Assembly: GCA_964016885.1 (NCBI GenBank)
Contig: OZ024742.1
Location: 333,312,001-333,376,000, forward strand
Length of the DNA: 64,000 nt
Origin: Eledone cirrhosa
Lineage: Eukaryota
Direction: 5' to 3'
The translations under genes were made by a program, and so were the position numbers. Of the stretch, positions 55,707 through 64,000 are shown in pieces (within the stretch, counting starts at the first letter, position 1; each line of letters opens with the position of its first letter). Under the pieces are notes generated by a model. That model did no database searches. It was given only the letters and a program-made list of their open reading frames with translations, and was not told the origin of the DNA.

Positions 55707-58700
55707 ATGGCCATAAGAGTAGGAAGTTTAAATGTTCGTGGCCTGGGGTCGCCCTGGAAGCAAGGTCACTTGCTCAACGACCTCAGGTCACTAGGAATGG
55801 ATGTAATTGCCATCAGCGAGACCAGAATTTCCGACACACGCGCACTGGCGCCGATTTTCGACGATTATCAGATCTTTGCATCTGTTAGTCGGCCGGGAAT
55901 GGGAGGTGGAGTGGCTGTGCTGTTTAGGAAATGTCTGGATCTCGAGGTAAGGTCAATCTTCCGGGATCCTGACGGAAAGTTGGTGGTCCTGGACGTGAGC
56001 AATAGCGAAGGTGGTGCCTTTAGACTGGTGGCCGTCTACGCCCCTACTGGGGCCGGTCGGCCGGACTTCTTTAGGCGCCTGGAAAACTTTCTGCTTACGT
56101 CTCGCCCTTTACTGTTAATAGGGGATTGGAATGGCATCTTAGAAGCACGCTGGGATTGTGTGGGAGTATCTGATAGGAGCGGGGGGTGCAAAAGCCTCAA
56201 GTACCTGATCAGCCAGTTTCAACTGTCTGACAGGTACCGACTAGATTTCCCTAATGCGCCAGTATGAACCTGCACCAATCGCATAGGGTCATCTAGATCG
56301 TACATAGATAGGATTTTCATTAGGAAAAGAGATAGAAATAGTGTAGGATGTCCACATTTTAAAACGGTTACCTATTCAGATCACAAGCTTGTGATCTGTA
56401 TGGTCGACCTAGATAAGACACGTAGGTTAGGACCCAGCTACTGGAAGCTAAATATGTCGTTTCCGGCACGTAAAGCTTACAGGGACCGGGTCAACAACTT
56501 AGTTAAGCAAAAGTTGACAGGGGGGGTTGTCAACAACAGGTGGTGGGGGGCACTCAAAAGAGAGATTAGAGCAACCTCGATAGGATTTAGCAAAGAAGTA
56601 GCAATAGAGAAAAATAGAAAGGAGGAGGGGCTGATAGCTAAGTTAGACGAGGCTATTTGTAGTGGCATTGCAACAGACGTGCTAGCGGCGAGAATGGCAC
56701 TAGACCATTTCTTCAATGCGAAACACGAAGGTTGCATTGTCAGAGCTAAGGCGCGTGCTCTGAGGAACGAGGGAACCAAAGCTGCCCGATGGGCTCGCTT
56801 TGCAGAGACGCAGCGTGGAAATAAAACCACAATTCGGTCTTTGACGGATCGAGATGGACACGAACTGAGCGATTCCAAGCAGATGTGTGAGGCCTTTCGC
56901 CAGCACTTTGCTCGATTGTTCGGGAGGATGGGTGAGTCGGAGACGGCGGCGGACTTCAGTCCCTACTTCGACGGCTTGCCACGCCTCTCGACGGCCGACG
57001 CTGAGCGCTGCGAAGAGCCGATAACATCAGTCGAAATTCAGGACGCCCTTGTCGGCTGCTCGAGTCGCAAGTCACCCGGTTTGGATGGTCTGCCCTACGA
57101 GCTTTACGTAAATATGCCAGACTTGTTCTCCGATCTCCTCGAAGCGCTCTACTGCAACTGGCAGCAGAACGGGAGCATTCCCAGTTCTGTGAGCCGTGGC
57201 GTAGTGACGCTGATAAGGAAAGACGAGAACAAGAGGGACACACTAGATAATTTCAGGCCCATAACCCTGCTCAACACAGAGTTTAAGATTTTGGCCAAGG
57301 TGTTAGCGAAAAGGTTGGCGCTTGTCGTCAAAGATTTGGTTGGGGAGGCGCAAACTTGCGCAATCCCGACCAGGTCCATACACGACAACCTCCACCTCAT
57401 GCGATACATCATAGAGAGGGTTGGGTGCAAACCTGGCTTCGGTGGGGCTCTGATCAATTTAGATCAATCGAAAGCATTCGATAGGGTCGACCATCGGTAC
57501 TTGGAGGCTGTCCTCGAGGCGGCTGGCTTCGGCCCCGTCTTCAGAAGCTGGATCGCTGCAATGTACAGCGGCATCTGCTCGGTGGTCAAAGTTAATGGCC
57601 ACCTCTCGGAACCGTTTCAGATCTCTCGATCGGTCCGTCAAGGGTGCCCTCTCTCCTCACTTCTGTACGTATTGACTCTTGAGCCTCTACTGCGGAAGCT
57701 GGAGTTGTTGCAGGGCATCCCGCTCGAACCGGGACGCAGAAAGGCTGCGTCCGCTTATGCGGACGACATCACCGTGATGGTGTCGGACACCTCAGAAATC
57801 GAGGTGATCCGCACCCATTTGGAGGAATATGAAAGGTTGACGGGAGCAAAACTTAACCCGGAAAAGTCGGTGGGCTTGCAGCTCGGCACCTGGAGAGGCA
57901 AGTCCATGCCGTCCAACAGCGTCGTTGGGCGCTGGACAGACGGACCGGTAAAGTTGCTCGGGGTTTGGTTCGGACCAGACCTCCAGGTGGATAAGAATTG
58001 GGACGAGGTGACGAGCAGGATAGCCAACCTCACCCAGAAATGGGCTGAGAGAAAGCTATCACTGAAAGGGCGGGCGGAGGTGGCGAACGCGTACATCGCG
58101 TCCGTCATCTACTACCGCCTGACCGTCGTGCCTTGCCCCCGTCCACGCCTCGCCAATTTGGAACGGCTCCTTTTCAAATTTTTGTGGAGGGGACGGGTCC
58201 CGTTGGTGAGGCGGTCCATCCGCTGCCAGCACCCTCTTCGTGGAGGGCTGGGCATGCCGTGGCTAATGATGCGCAGACATGCGCTGAGGCTGCGACATCT
58301 CCAGATATTTTGCCTAAACGGTGAACAGGTGTGGTCGCCGTTTGTTAGACGGGCCTTTCCGCAGCTCATCTCTTTGACTGAGCTGCAGTCCTGGGTCAAG
58401 AAGAGACCGAGACTGGGCGACTGGCATCTGGAATGTTGCCAGGCGCTCACTGCACTCTGCAAGGTGGGCAATGCGGTCAGTGGAACTTCCACTCAAGATT
58501 TCTATAGAGGATTAGTGGAGGGCAAGTGCGATGACGTACTAGGAGAGGTTCTGGGCGTCAACGAAGTAGAACTGACCAGTATGTTCCGGAGGACTTTCGA
58601 GCCGGGGACGATGGATAACTTCCAGAAATCCCTCGCTTGGCAGTGCTACCGGGGGGCGCTGCCGGTTCGGGATAAACTCTACAGGCACGGAAGTGCTGTC

Positions 58701-59126
58701 AGACGAACCTGCCCGAGATGCGCGCAGAGCGACGAAACCGTTCTGCACGCACTCGTCCAGTGTCCGTGCATTGCTGAATTGTGGGGTTATGTCGAACAGC
58801 TATTGTCGCGTGTAGAACGGATCCGGCTATCGTCCGAGTCCATAGTGAAGATTGACCCGCCGCCTTCTTTTGGTCAGGAAGGGCAGGCAATTTTCCTCTG
58901 CCTGGTGGCAGTAGCGAAAGAGGTTGCATGGTGGACCAGGTTGAAAGGACTGAAGACAGACACTTTTCTCTTCGGCCAATCCCTCATCAACTTCTTCAAG
59001 CTTCACTTGGAAAGGAAGGTGAGGGTGGAGAGAGAAGTGCTGCCCCCCAGTACATTTACTGAAAGGTGGGTGAATGTGGCAAGAATGGCCCGCGTGAGTG
59101 GGCCTACTCTGATCATGCGCCTGTAG
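55707..59126 (+). pseudogene. LINE ORF2 (APE endonuclease + reverse transcriptase + zinc finger), one premature TGA at 56265-56267
   Basis: SLNVRGL, SET, VYAP, GDWN, YIDRI, SDH; KSPGLDG, FRPITLLN, DQSKAFDRV, RQGCPLS, YADD; CPRC..ETVLHALVQC; both ORF pieces are in one frame. Confidence 0.93.
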
Positions 59127-59377
59127 GCTGGTGAATTCGAGAAGGAGAGGGGTGCCCTTCCCGGGTGCCCTAGGAGCGTCGGGTGGCTCAGGACTGGTGG
59201 GGTGCTTGAGTCAACCCTGGGTGGTGATCCCTCTTATTGGGGAACTTTCATTGTTGTATTTTTATTGTTATTTTGTTTTTTTGTTATTTATACTTACTCG
59301 ATCTCTATGTAAACCCCCACTGTCCCTGTCTATTGTGTTGTCCCCTATATGTCGGCCCTTGTGGCCAATAAATGAAA

Positions 59378-59428
<51 letters not shown>

Positions 59429-59938
59429 TTCTTCTTCTTCTTCTTCTTCTTCGCTCACACATTCCTGAAAACTTTGGGGACAGATTCCTCAAAAAATATT
59501 CCAACGTGTCCTTGCATTAAACAACCGTCTCCAATTGATCCGGCTGGGTGCCCAAGCGAAACAAGCCGAGCTCATGGATGTTATCCAAACAACTTGCTCA
59601 GTGTCTACTAATGGATCTGCAGCCATAAAATCTGTCCACCGATTCTTTCTTAGGACATAATCTCCAAACGAAATCAAATATCATGGATATTGAAGAATTC
59701 AACACGGCAATTACAAAAAATGAGTGACGGCCTTGAATATTGGGGCCCGATAGAAAAGCTCATACACTACTTTCTCCAACAGTGCCGTGACCACTATATA
59801 ATCTGAATAATAAGGAAAATATTCCATCAGCATTGTCCAAATGATATTGGCATCGTCTATAAAATACACCTAAGGATTTTGTCCCGAGCTATCTGCTGAA
59901 AACAAAAATCAAACTCGTGTATCATAACAACATTATTA

Positions 59939-60503
59939 TTGGCAGTATCGGTAGAGGGTTGGACGCCATGCTCTCTAGCATAGTTACGTCCCTTTACAGT
60001 CTGAGTTAAAATCCCGCGGAGGTTAACTTTGCCTTTCGTCCTTACGGAGTCGATAAAATAAAGTACCAGTAATGTACTGGTTATTTGCTGGCCTTGTGCC
60101 TAAAGTAGAAACAATTATTATTGGCAGTATCAGTAGAGGGTTGGACGCCATGCTTTTCAGCATAGAGTTACGTCACTTTACGGTCTGAGTTCAAATCCCT
60201 CAGAGGTTAACTTTGCTTTTTATCCTTACGGTGTCAATAAAATACAGTACCAGTAATGCACTGGGATAATTGCTGGTCTTGTGCCAGAAGTAGAAACAAT
60301 TATTATAGAAAGGGAGATGGATTGGGAGCATCGGTAGAGTGTCGGACGCCATGCTTTGAAGCATAGATACCCGGCTCTTTACAATTTGAGATCAAATCCC
60401 GCCTAGCTTAACTTTGCCTTTCATCCTTACGGGGTCGATAAAATAAAACACCAGTAATGTACTGGGATAATTGCTGCCCTTGTGCCAAAAGTAGAAACAA
60501 TTA
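59939..60503 (+). mobile_element. Three head-to-tail SINE family A copies (~59939-60118, 60120-60303, 60310-60503)
   Basis: Each has an A-box, a B-box-like motif and the GTAGAAACAATTATTA end. Confidence 0.9.
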
Positions 60504-60943
60504 TTAGACAAATATTTCATCTCAACTGTCCCCGCTCTCCTTAACATTGCTCCAAAACACATAAACAGAGGAACAGATCCCATGAATGTCAAAACGTCTT
60601 TGGCACAATTCTACCACGAAACATAGATAAACTTCCTACATCCGCAATGTTATCTATAAATATCAATGACTTATGTCGCCCAGCATCCATATGATTTCAT
60701 ACGAATGAAACAGATCTAAACATGTACGAGGCATTTCGATATGAAATAATTAAATAAGAATGTTCACACACTATTATTGTATCGCGTAACTTACACTACT
60801 GTTGTTAACCCCGATTTAACTTCACATTTGCATATATATCTACATATATCCCTATATTTACGCCTATTTATAATCGTACATCCATCTCACATTCTTCCCC
60901 CCTCTCTTTCTCTCTCTCTCTCTCATTCTCCCACACCCACCTC

Positions 60944-60979
<36 letters not shown>

Positions 60980-61345
60980 CAATCTTCGGTCCACTATATA
61001 TATAACTACAGATAAATTTCTAATGCCATAGAGGTATGTATTGTGTAACAGGCAACCTAAGTAGTCATGTTAATTAATTATTCAGCGCAACATACATGTC
61101 GAATCTACTATTACAAAGATTTTGGCCCTTCTCTCCTCCCAAACTCCACAATTGAGAATCCTATCCTTTCAGACAAAAAGTATTTCAATTTTACCACACA
61201 GTCTTTGGTAATTGACTTCCCTTCTTGTGAATAGCACAGACATACAGACACTCCCTTATATATATTTACACAGAGAGAAAGAGATAGAGATAGAGAGAGA
61301 GAGCAAGAGACATACACGCGCTTCGCGTACACATATGCACACGCA

Positions 61346-61486
<141 letters not shown>

Positions 61487-61502
61487 ATATACACACATAT
61501 AT

Positions 61503-61559
<57 letters not shown>

Positions 61560-62404
61560 CAGAGAGAGATATACATATATATATACAAATGTGTGTTATT
61601 ATTATAAATCTTATTGTTGTTATTATTGTGGTACGACAGCTAATATATATCCCATCACCTGAAGTGAATATATAACAGCACCCTATTATATTTCTTTTAT
61701 TTAGATTAAAAAAAAAGGTAAAAAATATATGACACGAAATTGGTAAGTTGAGGATTTTCATTTCCCACGTACTTTATAAGAAATGAATGATAATAGATGT
61801 TTTAAATAATGCCACATATGCCTCCTATCATGCCAAAGAAAAAAAGGAAGTGTGCTTGGAGACGTTAGGAGAATATTTCCGGATTTTCCAAATATATTTT
61901 TGTAGGTTTGACTGCGTTGTTAATATGTTTTCTGCTAACCAAGTAATTCCGAGTTCAATCTCAGTAGGCCTGTGCATTTGTCATCTACACATGAAATCTG
62001 GTAACACGCTAACATATCTTGAGTGGAGATTCTTAGATGTACAGTGTCTCGCTATACTGGTATATAAATATAAGTTTACCTACGCAAATTACAATAGTAT
62101 GAATGTATAGTAAAGTAACTCTGGTCACTGAAATAAAGGGACGTTTAATGATACATAACACTAACAATGAATGGGCATACAATACGTGTAAATAAAAAGT
62201 AAAATATAGTTTTTTTTAGTAGAAATGAGGTAGTCACATCGACGCTTGTGTTCAAACGCTTTATATGTATATATGGATATGAATATAATAATATATAAAA
62301 ATATATAAATGTATATATATATGTATACTATATATAGAGGTATAAACTCAAACAGTCTTTTACAATTAAATAGCTCAAAGAAAGAGATATTTCTGAGCCG
62401 TGAA

Positions 62405-62873
62405 ATACAAATTAATATAAATTATTGTATGATAAACACTAATACAATTATATAAGTGTTTGTATTGCAAATGACCAAGTTAGCGGCACGAGTATAGGAC
62501 TGGCTAGGCGCTGAGAAACCATGTGCGTTCAACACTTCTCTATCAGTCCTCCTAAGTATTTTGAGGTGAAACATACCAATTTCTGGATACCTGCAGAAGA
62601 GCAGAGAAATGAAATTTTCGCTTATCGTTGCGAAATGGATTTGAGTTTTGAAATTTAAATTTCTCTGCGAAACGGATTTGGGTTTTGAAATTTAAATTTG
62701 TCCAGGTATCACGGCTATTGCCAATATGGGTTTGTTTTTATTGATTTATTATTTTAAATCGAGACAGGCAAACTGTATTAATTTTTCAATCTAGCTAACT
62801 TGGTCATTTGCAATACAAACACTTATATAATTGCATTAGTGTTTATCATATATTAATTTATATTAATTTGTAT
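62405..62873. repeat. 80-bp inverted repeat (62405-62484 and 62794-62873) with a ~33-bp tandem duplication in the spacer
   Basis: TTGCAAATGACCAAGTTAGC / GCTAACTTGGTCATTTGCAA; TGCGAAAYGGATTTGRGTTTTGAAATTTAAATTT occurs twice. Confidence 0.8.
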
Positions 62874-62888
62874 ATATATATATATATA

Positions 62889-62941
62889 TTTATTAAAATA
62901 ACAGATTAAAGTTTAAGCAAAGAATCGCTGCTTTCACCCTT
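62889..62941 (-). mobile_element. 53-bp 3' fragment of the Penelope-like element inside (TA)n
   Basis: Matches 19727-19779; truncated inside hammerhead stem II. Confidence 0.9.
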
Positions 62942-63049
62942 ATATATATATATATATATATATTTATACATATAAAGATATACATACATATACGTGGAAA
63001 AGTAAGAAATCGGTGAACAGACCGTTAATACATGTTTATTTAAAACAGC

Positions 63050-63087
63050 ACCTACGTACGTTTCGCCCAGTTGGGCTTCTCAAGGGC
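63050..63087 (-). ncRNA. Variant minimal hammerhead-like motif
   Basis: GCC-CTTGAGAA-GCCC aact GGGC-GAAA-CGTACG-TA-GGT; non-canonical 5' core. Confidence 0.5.
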
Positions 63088-63150
63088 ATAAAGAACCAAA
63101 AGTGTTCCTTACATTGCTCGGAAAGTGTTTTGGGGGTTAAGTTCACGTTG

Positions 63151-63720
63151 CATCTTTGGATGTGACCTTTTCAGGCACTCCGAATTAGTGTGGTATAGAC
63201 ATGTACATATGTTGTTGAGGTGTATAATTTTGTCAATACTCTGATATGCCCAGTTCCTGGTTGGGTTGTTATTTCACTGAGGAACTGGAATCATATGAAT
63301 TCAAACAAACGAATTTCAGTGTCAAAGGGCCTCTTCTCCTCTCATTGGTGAGGTGTTAGAACATTCCTCATTCAAAAGTCTATAGAAATTCGTTCTGAGG
63401 CAAGCCAATCTGTAGTTGTTGTTCTTGTTATTGTTAGGTACATCTGACCTCAATTCTTGTGTTGGTAGTGTTGTTATTGTTGGAGTTAGCTTAAACAATT
63501 GATAAAGTGGTAGAAGGAACAAGGTGGTAAAAGAACAAAATAACAAAAAAATGTCAAACTTCCCATTGGTCAGTTTTGAGAGCATTCCTCAGTCAGAAGT
63601 CTATAGAAATTCTTTCTGGGGTGAGGCTCCCTGTAGTGTTTGTGTTTGCTATTGTTAAGTACATTTGACCCCTACACTTATTTCGGTAGTGTTGTTGGTC
63701 AGCTTATGTCTTGCTGCTGC
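63151..63720 (-). mobile_element. Longer non-inverted copy of family E
   Basis: 63151-63290 matches 52308-52445 and continues past the inversion point; internal repeat AAGTCTATAGAAATTC; far boundary uncertain. Confidence 0.7.
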
Positions 63721-64000
63721 TGACAATTTAGAATTATCTGTGTGTCTTTTTTCAGCCCTCCTGCCACCATCTCCCGTGGTGGTGGTGGTGGTGGTGGTGG
63801 TGGTGGTGGCGGTGGTGGTGGTTTGGTGTGTGTGTTGGGGGGGGGGGGGGGGCTATTCCATGTATATGAAGAAATATAAGGCAATAAATGAAGAAAACAG
63901 AAAATAAATAATAAATAGAGAATAAAGAGTGAATTAAAAATTGGTGAAAAAGTAATGAAAATGAATATGGAGAAGTGAAAAATAAAATGAAGATTCAAAT

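Larger units (their letters stand above)
53556..59379 (+). mobile_element. Apparently full-length L1/Tx1-type non-LTR retrotransposon
   Basis: 5' UTR, ORF1 with a CCHC knuckle, ORF2 with APE + RT + C-terminal CCHC, AATAAA at 59367-59372, (ATT)n on both sides. Confidence 0.93.

Noticed and set aside
56265-56267. Programmed readthrough or Sec at the ORF2 TGA
   Set aside because: The position corresponds to the usual W of the endonuclease WT motif; a TGG-to-TGA mutation is simpler
53758-58929. Antisense and alternative-frame ORFs over the LINE
   Set aside because: Shadow ORFs of GC-rich coding sequence

Overview
AT-rich, microsatellite-dense eukaryotic DNA. I infer an octopod cephalopod from the repeat style; this is not verified. 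I found no confidently identifiable host protein-coding gene, and most ORF-track entries are (TA)n/(CA)n/(GA)n artefacts. Main contents: (1) a ~5.5-kb head-to-head inverted pair of a Penelope-like retroelement (RT + GIY-YIG, Naiad-like motifs) at 19636-25160; (2) a near-intact 5.8-kb L1/Tx1-type LINE inserted in an (ATT)n tract at 53556-59379; (3) more than a dozen copies of one tRNA-derived SINE; (4) RTE, CR1-like and mariner fragments, a foldback element and a small hAT-like MITE; (5) an intron-containing tRNA-Lys(TTT)-like head on a dispersed repeat. The most notable signal is a set of several unrelated small non-coding families that sit in (TA)n arrays, carry minimal type I hammerhead ribozyme folds (some with non-canonical cores) and often form asymmetric palindromes whose inversion point falls at or near the ribozyme. 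All structures were read by eye; coordinates of degraded repeats are approximate.
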